Of a stretch of DNA of 64,000 bases, positions 20,088 through 30,165 are shown one piece after another. The DNA is from Lachnospiraceae bacterium (lineage in GTDB: Bacteria > Bacillota > Clostridia > Lachnospirales > Lachnospiraceae), in the NCBI GenBank assembly GCA_052273485.1, contig DAVZID010000007.1, positions 2,607-66,606 of the forward strand. The letters are read 5' to 3'. Position 1 is the stretch's first letter; each line of letters starts with the position of its first letter. The notes below the pieces were generated by a model, which was not told where the DNA came from, made no database searches, and saw only the letters and a program-made list of their open reading frames with translations. The position numbers and the translations under genes were made by a program.

Positions 20088-20581
20088 TTTTTTCTCCCTC
20101 TGTGATAAAAGAACAGCACAATACGTTCAAGATAGCGCTTTAATACGATCTGAATCTCTTCTTTTGGATGAATTGGTTTTACCAGATACGTACGGATGCC
20201 TGCTCGATTTGCCCCATAAATATCCGTAAAGATCTGATCTCCGATAAAAATCGTCGTATCCGGTGTTGTCTGGATACGTTTCATTCCCTGCTCGTAGCCA
20301 TGTGCAGATGGCTTTCCTGCCTTATAAATATAGTCACTTCCTACTGCCTTTGCAAATGGACTGACACGCGCCTCTTTATTATTTGAAATGATACAAGTCT
20401 TTAATCCGATCCGGTGAAGCTTTTCGAATAGCTTTTTTGCCTGTTCAGTTGCCGGCGCTCCATGCGGAACAAGCGTATTGTCCACATCGAACAATACGCC
20501 TCGCACGCCATTGTCATATTCTTTTTGATAGTCAATCTGGTAGGCAGATGATGCCTCTGCCCATGGATATAATTTACTCAC
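20084..20581 (-). CDS. yqeG: YqeG-family HAD-IIIA phosphatase
   Basis: HAD motif I (LFDVDNTL) and the IGDQIFTDI motif are present. The start overlaps the nrdR stop by 4 nt. Confidence 0.85.
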   Translation of the reverse strand: MSKLYPWAEASSAYQIDYQKEYDNGVRGVLFDVDNTLVPHGAPATEQAKKLFEKLHRIGLKTCIISNNKEARVSPFAKAVGSDYIYKAGKPSAHGYEQGMKRIQTTPDTTIFIGDQIFTDIYGANRAGIRTYLVKPIHPKEEIQIVLKRYLERIVLFFYHRGRKK

Positions 20582-21042
20582 TGTTTCTTCTCTTTCTGAA
20601 TCATATTTTTAAGCTCTTCTGCAAAATTATTCAAATCCGTAAAAGAGCGATAGACACTGGCAAAGCGCACATAGGCAACTTCATCGAGTGTTTTTAGCTT
20701 TTCCATCACCAGCTCACCAATTACCTTGCTGCTGACTTCCTTCTCATAATTATTAAAAATGGTTGTCTCAATATCATCTACCAGACGATTAACCGCATCT
20801 GTCGGAACCGGGCGCTTATGGCAGGCCATAACAATACCGGTCTTTAATTTTTCTCTCGAATAGGTCTCCCTTGTCTGATCCTTTTTCACTACCATCAGCG
20901 GAAATACTTCAATCTTCTCATATGTGGTAAAGCGCCGGTTGCACACCTCGCACATCCTGCGCCTGCGGATCGCAGTATTATCGTCAGAAGGCCTTGAATC
21001 AATTACTTTTGTTGTATCTTCTCCGCAAAACGGACACTTCAT
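20578..21042 (-). CDS. nrdR: transcriptional repressor NrdR
   Basis: MKCPFCG...CEVCNRRFTTYE forms a zinc ribbon, followed by an ATP-cone. The start is at MKCPF (21042). Confidence 0.92.
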   Translation of the reverse strand: MKCPFCGEDTTKVIDSRPSDDNTAIRRRRMCEVCNRRFTTYEKIEVFPLMVVKKDQTRETYSREKLKTGIVMACHKRPVPTDAVNRLVDDIETTIFNNYEKEVSSKVIGELVMEKLKTLDEVAYVRFASVYRSFTDLNNFAEELKNMIQKEKKQ

Positions 21043-21176
21043 TGCTGCCTCCATTCCTGCTGTCTGCCAGCATCCCTTTTATGCTATTATTATAAAATAA
21101 AAGGGCCTATAAGGTCAAGTTTTTTCTGAATTGTTTTCGATTCGATTTTACAATCTACCACTTTTCTTTTATTCTT

Positions 21177-21440
21177 CTATTTTTCTTTGTCTTTAATTGG
21201 CTTTTCGCCCTCTTCAATATTAACCAGTATAATATCTGGTCCAATCTGACACACCTTACAAAATGGAATGCAATACTCAGTATCTCGCCCAAACAAACCA
21301 CATATTTTCCCAGTTCCGGGCACAATCAGCTCCGTTATGTAGCCAGTTTTGCAATCAAATTCAATATCGCACACATAGCCAAGCCGCTTGCAGTCCTTAA
21401 CATTGATCACTTCCTTTTGCCTTAAATCACAAATACGCAT
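21177..21440 (-). CDS. YlmC/YmxH-family PRC-barrel protein
   Basis: This 87-aa protein begins MRICDLRQKEVINVKDCKRLGYVCDIEFD, typical of the YlmC/YmxH sporulation-associated family. Confidence 0.8.
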   Translation of the reverse strand: MRICDLRQKEVINVKDCKRLGYVCDIEFDCKTGYITELIVPGTGKICGLFGRDTEYCIPFCKVCQIGPDIILVNIEEGEKPIKDKEK

Positions 21441-21514
21441 ATACTGTCCTCGAAACCATCACCTTTCCTCGGTACAGTATATGCGTATTTGAATCATTCT
21501 GTTTTCATTAAATT

Positions 21515-23107
21515 TTAGTGCTCAGTTCCAAACTCAGACAATTTCAAGCCTGGATTTCTCTCAAGTACCATCTGCGGACTCCAGCTGTTTGCAAACAGAA
21601 GCAGTGGACGATCCTTTAGATCCTTGATGCGCTTCATATCGGATGTACCATTGATTTTTGCAACATCTACGCTCTCCCAATTCTCAATCCAACGGATATA
21701 CTCGTATGGCAGCGGATCCAGACGAATCTCAACATTGTATTCATTTTCCAGACGGAACTTTAAAACATCAAACTGCAGCACGCCGACAACGCCGACAATG
21801 ATTTCTTCCATTCCGGTATTGAACTCCTGAAAGATCTGAATGGCACCCTCGAGCGCAATCTGACTAATTCCCTTAATGAACTGCTTACGCTTCATCGTAT
21901 CTACCTGACGTACTCTTGCAAAATGCTCAGGTGCGAAGGTCGGAATTCCATCAAATGTAAGGTCGCCCATTTTCGGAGAACAGATCGTATCACCGATGGA
22001 GAAAATACCTGGGTCAAAAATGCCAATGATATCACCCGCATAAGCCTCCTCAACAATCGTACGCTCCGATGCCATCATCTGCTGTGGCTGTGTCAGACGA
22101 ATCTTTCTGCCACCCTGCACATGATTTACCTCCATACCTGCCTCAAACTTACCAGAGCAGATACGCATAAATGCAATACGGTCTCTATGTGCCTTGTTCA
22201 TGTTTGCCTGAATCTTAAAGACAAATGCAGAGAAATTATCATCAAACGGACTGATATCGCCCTTCGAGCTATGTCTTGGAAGTGGCGCATAGGTCATCTT
22301 TAAGAAATGCTCCAAGAATGTCTCAACACCAAAGTTGGTAAGTGCAGAACCAAAGAATACTGGTGAAAGCTCACCGCGACTTACTTTATCCTGATCAAAC
22401 TCCTCACAAGCTCCATCAAGTAACTCAATATCTTCAAGCAGTTTCTGATAACCGATGATGCCAACCTCATCCTCTGCCTCATCAACCTCAAGCTCATGAC
22501 TCTCAACCTCATGCATACCAGCATCTGCTGCAACAAAAGTTGTGATCTTCTTTGTATTACGATCATAAACACCCTTAAAGTTCTTTCCACAGCCAATCGG
22601 CCAGTTAATCGGGCAAGTCTTAATTCCCAATACGCGCTCAATCTCATCCATCAGATCAAACGGATCATTTGCCTCACGGTCGAGCTTATTGATAAAGGTA
22701 AAAATCGGAATATGGCGCATGACGCAAACCTTAAACAGCTTAATTGTCTGCGCCTCAACACCCTTAGAAGCATCAATTACCATAACGGCAGAATCCGCTG
22801 CCATCAGGGTACGATAGGTATCCTCGGAGAAATCCTGATGTCCTGGTGTATCCAGAATGTTGATGCAGTAGCCCTCATAATGGAACTGTAAAACAGAAGA
22901 GGTTACAGAAATACCTCTCTGCTTCTCGATCTCCATCCAGTCGGAAACCGCGTGCTTTGCTGTCTTTCTTCCCTTTACGGAACCTGCCTGATTGATTGCA
23001 CCTCCGTAGAGAAGAAACTTCTCTGTTAATGTAGTTTTACCCGCATCCGGGTGGGAAATAATGGCAAACGTTCTTCGCTTGCTGATTTCTTCTTCATATA
23101 ATGACAT
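21515..23107 (-). CDS. prfC: peptide chain release factor 3
   Basis: GTPase motifs AIISHPDAGKTTLTEK, DTPGHQDF and NKLD are present. The start is at MSLYEEEISKRRTF (23107). Confidence 0.92.
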   Translation of the reverse strand: MSLYEEEISKRRTFAIISHPDAGKTTLTEKFLLYGGAINQAGSVKGRKTAKHAVSDWMEIEKQRGISVTSSVLQFHYEGYCINILDTPGHQDFSEDTYRTLMAADSAVMVIDASKGVEAQTIKLFKVCVMRHIPIFTFINKLDREANDPFDLMDEIERVLGIKTCPINWPIGCGKNFKGVYDRNTKKITTFVAADAGMHEVESHELEVDEAEDEVGIIGYQKLLEDIELLDGACEEFDQDKVSRGELSPVFFGSALTNFGVETFLEHFLKMTYAPLPRHSSKGDISPFDDNFSAFVFKIQANMNKAHRDRIAFMRICSGKFEAGMEVNHVQGGRKIRLTQPQQMMASERTIVEEAYAGDIIGIFDPGIFSIGDTICSPKMGDLTFDGIPTFAPEHFARVRQVDTMKRKQFIKGISQIALEGAIQIFQEFNTGMEEIIVGVVGVLQFDVLKFRLENEYNVEIRLDPLPYEYIRWIENWESVDVAKINGTSDMKRIKDLKDRPLLLFANSWSPQMVLERNPGLKLSEFGTEH

Positions 23108-23193
23108 TTTATTCCATGCCTTTCTTTTTTCAAAATTCATGAGACAATCCAAAGCCGCGCATTGCTCACGCAGCTTTAAATTGTTTTTGTTCT

Positions 23194-26100
23194 TTAGTTG
23201 GCAGTTCTTCCTTCTGCTTTTCCATTCTTAATATAATGCATATAATAGGAAGCAGTATTATTGCCAAACGCTGCTCTTAAATCTGCATAACGGTTTTTAT
23301 ATTCCGATACATTAAAGGATGCGCTCGCTTGGCGTCCCTCTCGCATTCCATTCTCCACAAAATGCTGAAGGTATTTCTTTGGATCATCTCCAAACGTGTT
23401 TCTTAAATCTGCATACTTCTTTTTATAGTACTCATAATCATACACGAGCGCATAGTCTACGCCATTGTAAACAGTTGATGCAGATGGCATCGTATTATTA
23501 CCAGTATTACTTCCAGTATTGCCATTGTTGGTATTTCCACTATTTCCACTATTTGAAGAAGCTGCTGCTTTTCTTCCTTCTGCCTTTCCATATTCCAAAT
23601 AATGCTTGTAATATAGAATATTGTTATTGCCAAATGCTTTGTGCAAATCTGCATAATTGTTCTTATACGTCTTCACATCAAAGTTTGCACTTGCCTGGCG
23701 TCCCTCTGCCATTCCACACTGAAGGAAGTGCTTGAAATACTTATCTGCATCGTTGCCAAATGCCGCTCTTAGATCCGCATATGCATTTCGATAATAAGTA
23801 TAATCATATACTCCTGAATATTTCTTTTCCTGATCCGAAGCTACATGCTGATTATTATTGTTATTATTGTTATTATTGTTCTTATCATCTGACTTATTAT
23901 TATCAGATTTATTATCATCAGCTTTCTCGATTAGTTTCTGTGCATTTCTGCCTTCTTTCTGACCGTATTCCAGATAATGCTTTACATATGCACTGTTATC
24001 ATTGCCAAACGCCTTCTTCAGATCCGCATAATTATTTTTATAAATATCTACGTCAAACTCAGCACAAGCTTGTCTTCCTTCTTTGATACCATATGTAACA
24101 AAATGCTTCAATGCCGCCGTTGTATCACTGCCAAATGCCGCCTTTAAATCCGGATATTTGCTAAGATAATATTGTGCATCAAATACAGGTGCATAATTTA
24201 CTCCATTATAGACAGCCGCTGGACGTGCCGAAGAATTGTTTCCGGAATTATTGTTATTATCATCCTTCTTTGTATCATCCTTCTTTGTATCATCCGGGAA
24301 TGGACCATTTGTTGAGCCATCCCAGCCCGCAGCCTTTCCAGTCAAAAGATAATGTTCATAATACGCATCCATATCGTCTCCATACTGCTTATTCAGCTGT
24401 GGATAACGCTTACGGTATGCATCCACATCAAAACCATCAAAGAAACCATCTTTAATCTCTACTCCGCGACCAATAATCAAACGATATTCTGCGGTCGAAC
24501 CATCTTCTGCTGTTACCTTTATCTTCGTTGTTTCCACTTTATGGGACATTGTTTCAATATTTGAAAAAGCCACAGAAGATGTTGTTGCAGATGCTTTTGC
24601 CTTAACATTTGCATAAACAGTATTGCTTCCTACATTATAATAAAAATCCTTTTTATTTTTATCAAATGTCTGTATTACTTCCTTGTCATTTACGGTCAAT
24701 GAATTCAAGTATGCATTCTGGTTTTTATGCTCTGCCGGCTTTGGTGAAGAAGCTGGACGTTCCTCATAAACCGGAATCAAAAATACAAAGCTATTTTCAA
24801 GCTGACCTGTTGCACTATAGGAACGTCTTACCTGGCCTCCTTCTGAAGATGGTGCCATAATATTGGTCATATACTGATGCCAATATTTACCATTGTATTT
24901 TCCATCATAATCAAATTTCTGCGCATACAATGTATTCTGATTCCGAAGAATATACTGATTTGCAAACTTCAAAGCACCACCGATTAATGCCTTCTCCGGC
25001 GTATTCCATGCACCAGATGATACACTTCCATCAGGAAGCATCATAGTGGAGCCTACATGCGCCTCTTTCAGACCATTCTGCAAAATCTCATCTCTGGTAG
25101 AACCGGTTGCCTGAAGATTAAAATAATTATACAATCCCTCATAGCCTGGATACTTACCAGAAATCATATCAGACGCTCCAGACCCCTGCTCCTGTCTAAC
25201 ACGGCTGGCAAGCGCTACTGGATTGATATTATATTTTTCTCCAATCCAACAAAACAGCCACGAATAGGTATAATTAGTTCCTGGAACAACTACATTTGAC
25301 ATAAAGCAATTTGCAAGCGCAGCTTCTACGGCAGACTGACTCTGATACTCTTCGTATGTCAATGATTCAAACATAAAGATATCATTTTCATTCAAGAAAT
25401 TTCTCGGATCCATATAATAACGGACCGTTTCTTCTGAAGCTCCCGCCCAATTTGGTTCCCACTGTTTCCATGTATTGGTACGTAAGTCATAATCTCGATC
25501 CAAAAGAGAACGATATCCTTCATTACAATACATACTAACTAATGCTCTTGCTGGTGTGCTCATCTGCTGACTTACTGCATAGGAAAATGTGTCGCCAACA
25601 TAAATTGGTTTAAAAATCCAGTTTGGATGAGCCTGCTGAAGCGCACTAAGAGCAGCCTGATAGTCTGCTGGAAAGCTCTGCACTTCATCCGCATCCAGCA
25701 GCATGATATCACCACTTCCGTCTATCTGAAGTGAATCCATCCGGATATAACCCTCGCTGCTATAATCATTGACATCAAACATGATTCTAGCCCATACCGG
25801 TTCGTCATTAAACAAGACAATACTTGTCACATACACCGGATAACCAGACGACAGCGAAGTAAATGCCGACGCGCCATCTTCCCATCCTGTATAAATCTGT
25901 GCATCACTGCTCAAATACGCCTTTGCATAATAAACCTGCTCGATTCCTTCTCCAAGGCTTTCTTCTGTCGATTCTTCCTCACTGCTTAACTCCTCGGTTG
26001 ATTCTTCTGATGTTTCTTCTTCCGATTCTGTTTGTGTTTCCCAGGCGGTCTCTGATGGCTGTGTTTCACTTGCTTCTGAACTCTCCACCGGCTCCTGAGA

Positions 26101-26442
26101 CGGCTGTTGTGATGCTGTCGTTTCTTCCTGAGTCGGCATCTCAGATTCCTGAGACGGTACTGATGTTTCCACTGTTACCGGAATTGATTCAGACTCCTGC
26201 GGCTGTGTTGGCTCACTCTCGGTTACTTGTGCAGTTGTTTCTGGTGTTTCAACTGACTCATTTCCTGTTGTAATCTCTATAGCAGATGATACGGTTTCCA
26301 TCAGGCTCTGTACCGTGTTTTCCATTTCGCTACTACTTTCTGTAACGGTTTCCTGTGCCATTGTTGGCACCGCTGACATCTGCATAACGCCAAGCGAAAG
26401 CAGATACGCAGTTCCTTTTTTTAACAATACACGTCTCTTCAT
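23194..26442 (-). CDS. secreted peptidoglycan hydrolase-like protein (GH73-type glucosaminidase region) with a beta-sandwich domain and seven C-terminal ~38-aa repeats
   Basis: This 1082-aa protein has a signal peptide (MKRRVLLKKGTAYLLSLGVMQMSAVPTMA) and an acidic S/T/E-rich linker. It has an SH3-like segment and a glucosaminidase-like core (RVRQEQGSG...YNYFNLQA). A cadherin-like segment (YLNSLTV...YRLIIGRG) follows, then 7 copies of [FY]D..YK..YADL..AFG.....Y..HY...G..EGR. Confidence 0.75.
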   Translation of the reverse strand: MKRRVLLKKGTAYLLSLGVMQMSAVPTMAQETVTESSSEMENTVQSLMETVSSAIEITTGNESVETPETTAQVTESEPTQPQESESIPVTVETSVPSQESEMPTQEETTASQQPSQEPVESSEASETQPSETAWETQTESEEETSEESTEELSSEEESTEESLGEGIEQVYYAKAYLSSDAQIYTGWEDGASAFTSLSSGYPVYVTSIVLFNDEPVWARIMFDVNDYSSEGYIRMDSLQIDGSGDIMLLDADEVQSFPADYQAALSALQQAHPNWIFKPIYVGDTFSYAVSQQMSTPARALVSMYCNEGYRSLLDRDYDLRTNTWKQWEPNWAGASEETVRYYMDPRNFLNENDIFMFESLTYEEYQSQSAVEAALANCFMSNVVVPGTNYTYSWLFCWIGEKYNINPVALASRVRQEQGSGASDMISGKYPGYEGLYNYFNLQATGSTRDEILQNGLKEAHVGSTMMLPDGSVSSGAWNTPEKALIGGALKFANQYILRNQNTLYAQKFDYDGKYNGKYWHQYMTNIMAPSSEGGQVRRSYSATGQLENSFVFLIPVYEERPASSPKPAEHKNQNAYLNSLTVNDKEVIQTFDKNKKDFYYNVGSNTVYANVKAKASATTSSVAFSNIETMSHKVETTKIKVTAEDGSTAEYRLIIGRGVEIKDGFFDGFDVDAYRKRYPQLNKQYGDDMDAYYEHYLLTGKAAGWDGSTNGPFPDDTKKDDTKKDDNNNNSGNNSSARPAAVYNGVNYAPVFDAQYYLSKYPDLKAAFGSDTTAALKHFVTYGIKEGRQACAEFDVDIYKNNYADLKKAFGNDNSAYVKHYLEYGQKEGRNAQKLIEKADDNKSDNNKSDDKNNNNNNNNNNQHVASDQEKKYSGVYDYTYYRNAYADLRAAFGNDADKYFKHFLQCGMAEGRQASANFDVKTYKNNYADLHKAFGNNNILYYKHYLEYGKAEGRKAAASSNSGNSGNTNNGNTGSNTGNNTMPSASTVYNGVDYALVYDYEYYKKKYADLRNTFGDDPKKYLQHFVENGMREGRQASASFNVSEYKNRYADLRAAFGNNTASYYMHYIKNGKAEGRTAN

Positions 26443-26462
26443 AGATACCTCCCATTGCGCAT

Positions 26463-27722
26463 TTACTTCAATGCTTCTCTATAAAACTCCTTGAACTCAC
26501 TATAGCCTTCTGCAGTCAGCTGCTCTTTCTGGAACTTTTTATTCTTGTTCATCCATGCAACTAAGATCTGCTTTCCTTCTGCACGGCCTGCCATTGCTTC
26601 CTGAAGAACGGATCCAAGCACCTTACCATCAACGCCCTTTTCTACCAGATAAGCAATCTTTTCCTTGCTACCCGGAACGGTGAAGCCCTCATCTAAGAGG
26701 ATGGTTACGATACGCTCAAAACCGATGGAGAAGCCACATGCCGGAGTCTCCATTCCGGTAAACTTGCCAACCATCTTATCGTAGCGTCCGCCACCTGCGA
26801 TGGAGCCTGGGAAGCCATCCACGCCAATCTCAAAGATCGTTCCTGTGTAATAAGACATACCACGCACCAGAGTCGGGTCAAACTGTAGCTTGAAGCTAGC
26901 CTGTGTTGTTGCGCTAACAGCCTCACAGATCTGCTTTAAGTTCTCTGCTGCACCGCCCTCAAGACAATCACCAAGTGTCTCGGCCAGATACGCAATACCA
27001 TCCTCTGCCTCGTTCAATCCCTTGAACAGCCCCATATAGCGAGCGATCGCTTCCTTTGCAAAGCCACTAGTCTCTAACTCTGCTGCTACGCCGTCCAGAC
27101 CGATTTTGTCCATTTTGTCCAGAATGATAAATACTTCATCATACTGTGCTTCCTCAAAACCACTGTACTTTGCCATACCCTTTAAGATTCGACGGTCATT
27201 GATATGTACCGTAAAGCCCTTAAAGCCAACCTTTCCAAGCAGGGTCGTAGTAGCCAAAATTAGCTCGATCTCTGCCAGATTGGTCGGATCGCCTAAGATA
27301 TCAATATCACACTGATAGAACTGTCTGAAACGGCCCTTCTGTGGGCGATCTGCTCGCCATACCGGTCCGATCTGCAATGCCTTAAATGGCTTCGGCAAAT
27401 TTGCTGCATTATTGGAATAATATCTGGACAACGGAACGGTCAGATCATAACGAAGACCACTGTCTACCAAATCTGCCTCACTCTGTGCCGTCTCAAGATT
27501 TAACTTCTCACCACGCTTTAAGATCTTAAAGATAAGCTTCTCATTCTCACCACCCTGCTTGTTGCTTAAGTTTGCAATATTTTCAACACAAGGTGTTTCA
27601 ATTGGTGTGAAACCAAATCCCTTATACGTTTCCTTGATCAGCCCGATCACATAATCACGGATCTGCATCTCTGCTGGCTGAATATCCTTCATGCCTGTAA
27701 CAGGCTTCTTTACTAATGCCAT
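26463..27722 (-). CDS. hisS: histidine--tRNA ligase
   Basis: This 419-aa protein has class-II motifs GRFRQFYQCDID and GGGRYD. Confidence 0.92.
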   Translation of the reverse strand: MALVKKPVTGMKDIQPAEMQIRDYVIGLIKETYKGFGFTPIETPCVENIANLSNKQGGENEKLIFKILKRGEKLNLETAQSEADLVDSGLRYDLTVPLSRYYSNNAANLPKPFKALQIGPVWRADRPQKGRFRQFYQCDIDILGDPTNLAEIELILATTTLLGKVGFKGFTVHINDRRILKGMAKYSGFEEAQYDEVFIILDKMDKIGLDGVAAELETSGFAKEAIARYMGLFKGLNEAEDGIAYLAETLGDCLEGGAAENLKQICEAVSATTQASFKLQFDPTLVRGMSYYTGTIFEIGVDGFPGSIAGGGRYDKMVGKFTGMETPACGFSIGFERIVTILLDEGFTVPGSKEKIAYLVEKGVDGKVLGSVLQEAMAGRAEGKQILVAWMNKNKKFQKEQLTAEGYSEFKEFYREALK

Positions 27723-27797
27723 AAAAACGCTCCTTTTTTCTATCCATATGTTATGATAGTTACTGTAACCTGCAATCTATCATAGACTACGCACAAC

Positions 27798-27827
27798 ATT
27801 ATACGTTTTCCAAACATACTGTGTCAA
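27798..27827 (-). promoter_or_regulatory. sigma-A type promoter for hisS
   Basis: The minus strand reads TTGACA, an 18-nt spacer, then TATAAT. The -35 overlaps the hemZ-like stop codon. Confidence 0.5.
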
Positions 27828-29344
27828 CTGTTTTCTCCAGATAAGTCTGCAAATAGTTTCTTTTTGCGTTCGATCATCTCATCTGTTTTCTCCAGATAAG
27901 TCTTGATGTCCTTGACATTTTCGCATCGTTCGATCCGGCCGTTTGGATATACAACCTTTGTGATCGCACCTGCGCCAAGTGCCACAATTGACTGGAGTTC
28001 CTCCATAATTAAGATATTGTAGATGCCTTCTTTTCCCGGTTTTGCATAGCCGACATTTTCCATGTTTCCGGTCATATTTTTCTGACGATATAAATAGTAC
28101 GGCTTCATGCCCATCTGCTCTGCAGCATCCTGTGTCAGCTCCATTGTACTCTCAGAATTTAAGCTCTTCATACCTGCATAGGCTTCCTTCTGGGTATTGA
28201 GTCTTGCGGCACGCTTAATTGCAAGGGAATGAACGGTCAAATTATCTGGTCCGAGTTTTTTGATCTCCTCTAAGGTGTTCTCGACATCCTCCTGCGTCTC
28301 CTGTGGCAGACCAACAATCATATCCATATTGATGTTGTCAAATCCTTCCTCTCTGGCAAGCAAGAACGCATCCTTTACCTGCTGCACGGTATGTCTGCGG
28401 CCAATCAGCTCCAATGTCTCGTCCTTCATCGTCTGCGGATTGATGCTGATGCGTGTTACTGGATGACGCTTGATCGCCTGCAGCTTTTCACGTGTGATGC
28501 TGTCTGGACGTCCGGCCTCCACTGTCCACTCCTGAAGAAATTCCAAGTGAAAGGAGTTCTCAAGCTTGGAAAGAATACGCTCTAACTGCTCTGGCTCAAG
28601 TGTAGTCGGCGTACCGCCTCCGATGTAGATCGTATTTAATTTTTTGTTCTTAAATCCCTCTGCCACATAGTCAATTTCTTTCTCGATGGAATCTAGGTAA
28701 GCGTCCACACGGTCGCCAAAACGATTTACTGGATAAGACGTAAAGGAGCAATACGCACAGGTCGTCGGACAAAATGCAATTCCAATATACAAACTATAGC
28801 CATCCTCATAATCCAGACAATCAAGAAGCTTGATCTCTCTCTTTGCAATGTCAAGGCTAAGCATCGTCTTTTCCTCACCGCAAAGCATCTCTTTTTCCAT
28901 GTAGTCGATGCACTCCGCATCGGAAGCGCCGTCCATCAGCATCGTTCTGGCAATCTTTGTCGGGCGAATTCCAGTGAGGGTTCCCCACGGAAGTTCCTTA
29001 CCCGTGAGCTTTGAGAGCAAACGGTACAACATACATTTTGCCTTGGTTTTTGTGTCCTTGCGATCGGATAAATTGCAAAGACAGGTATCGGTAAGAGCGG
29101 TGCTATCCTGTGTCAGCTCCATTGTCATTTTTGTTTCTGCACGGTTTTTTGCATTGTTTGCTTCGCTGTTTTGTGCACTGTTTTGCGCGCTGCTGCTTAT
29201 GAACACGCGAAGAAACAGTTCTCCTTCCGCGCATTCATACGTCGGTGTCTCCACTCTCTTGATTGCCCGTCCCGGGTAAAATGCCATGAACAGGCTGCGG
29301 ATATCGTTATCCAATGTATCGCATTCCAGATAAAAATAAATCAT
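27824..29344 (-). CDS. hemZ: radical-SAM coproporphyrinogen-dehydrogenase-like protein (HemZ/HemN family)
   Basis: This 506-aa protein has the radical SAM cluster motif CPTTCAYCSF and a long N-terminal extension typical of HemZ-like proteins. Confidence 0.8.
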   Translation of the reverse strand: MIYFYLECDTLDNDIRSLFMAFYPGRAIKRVETPTYECAEGELFLRVFISSSAQNSAQNSEANNAKNRAETKMTMELTQDSTALTDTCLCNLSDRKDTKTKAKCMLYRLLSKLTGKELPWGTLTGIRPTKIARTMLMDGASDAECIDYMEKEMLCGEEKTMLSLDIAKREIKLLDCLDYEDGYSLYIGIAFCPTTCAYCSFTSYPVNRFGDRVDAYLDSIEKEIDYVAEGFKNKKLNTIYIGGGTPTTLEPEQLERILSKLENSFHLEFLQEWTVEAGRPDSITREKLQAIKRHPVTRISINPQTMKDETLELIGRRHTVQQVKDAFLLAREEGFDNINMDMIVGLPQETQEDVENTLEEIKKLGPDNLTVHSLAIKRAARLNTQKEAYAGMKSLNSESTMELTQDAAEQMGMKPYYLYRQKNMTGNMENVGYAKPGKEGIYNILIMEELQSIVALGAGAITKVVYPNGRIERCENVKDIKTYLEKTDEMIERKKKLFADLSGENS

Positions 29345-29379
29345 ATCTTTGTTTTCCTTATTTTCCTTTCGATTTTGTG

Positions 29380-30006
29380 TTACATTCCTGCTGCCGGATT
29401 GTGCGTCTTCTCATAGCCGATCGAGGTTGCCTGTCCGTGACCCGGATATACATCAGTCTCCTCTGGCAGAACAAACAGCTTTCCGCGAAGCGAACGAAGC
29501 AGGGCAAACATACTTCCTCCCGGAAAATCCGTTCTTCCGTAGCTCTCGCAAAATAGCGTATCACCTGCAAACAGCACATTTTCTTTCTTAATGTAATAAC
29601 AAACACCGCCTGATGTGTGACCTGGCGTCTCAAGCACGGTAATCTCCATCCCAGCAATTGAAAGCACTTCGTTGTCATTTACAAGCTTATCTGCCTTCAT
29701 TGTGTATGGCACTGCCCACATGGCGGATAGATTCATCTCAGAGTCCGCCAACAGTTCTTCCTCATGGGTCCCTGCATAGACTGGGATCTCATACTGCTGT
29801 CGAATTTTCTTTGCCGCCATGATATGGTCAAAATGACCGTGTGTCAAAAGGACTGCCTCTGGTTTTACCTGATAACGGCTGCATACTCGAATGATTTTTT
29901 CTGCCTGCTCCCCCGGATCAACCAAAAAGCCTCGGTTTGTGGTCTCATCCCATGCCAAATAACAATTTGTTCCCATTTCACCTACGTGAATTGTCTCGAT
30001 TCTCAT
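29380..30006 (-). CDS. MBL-fold metallo-hydrolase
   Basis: The HxHxDH motif LLTHGHFDH is present. The start at MRIETIHVG (30006) or at 30027 is possible. Confidence 0.85.
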   Translation of the reverse strand: MRIETIHVGEMGTNCYLAWDETTNRGFLVDPGEQAEKIIRVCSRYQVKPEAVLLTHGHFDHIMAAKKIRQQYEIPVYAGTHEEELLADSEMNLSAMWAVPYTMKADKLVNDNEVLSIAGMEITVLETPGHTSGGVCYYIKKENVLFAGDTLFCESYGRTDFPGGSMFALLRSLRGKLFVLPEETDVYPGHGQATSIGYEKTHNPAAGM

Positions 30007-30100
30007 CCAATCACCTGTCCCTTTCATTTGTTACTGAAAATCGTGCAAGAAAGCTTATACGAACACTCATGACTTTGACTTTCATCAAAAGTGATTGACA

Positions 30101-30130
30101 CAAAACAGGCAGGGCCAATCACCCTGCCTG
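30101..30130 (-). terminator. rho-independent terminator after relA
   Basis: The minus strand reads CAGGCAGGG-TGATTGG-CCCTGCCTG followed by TTTTGTGTC. Confidence 0.8.
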
Positions 30131-30165
30131 CTATCTCCGTTCTTTGTCTTCTTGCTTAGATTCAA

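Noticed and set aside
23851-23880. The imperfect (ATT/GTT)n trinucleotide run as a phase-variation switch.
   Set aside because: It lies in frame within the hydrolase gene and encodes a run of ten Asn. Triplet slippage would keep the reading frame. It is a low-complexity linker rather than an on/off switch.
27723-27823. A T-box leader upstream of hisS. The same question applies to lysS, whose upstream gap is 1441-1458.
   Set aside because: The intergenic spaces (about 100 nt and 18 nt) are too short for a T-box. No T-box consensus is present. Only a consensus promoter and a small CTATGATAG/CTATCATAG hairpin are seen.
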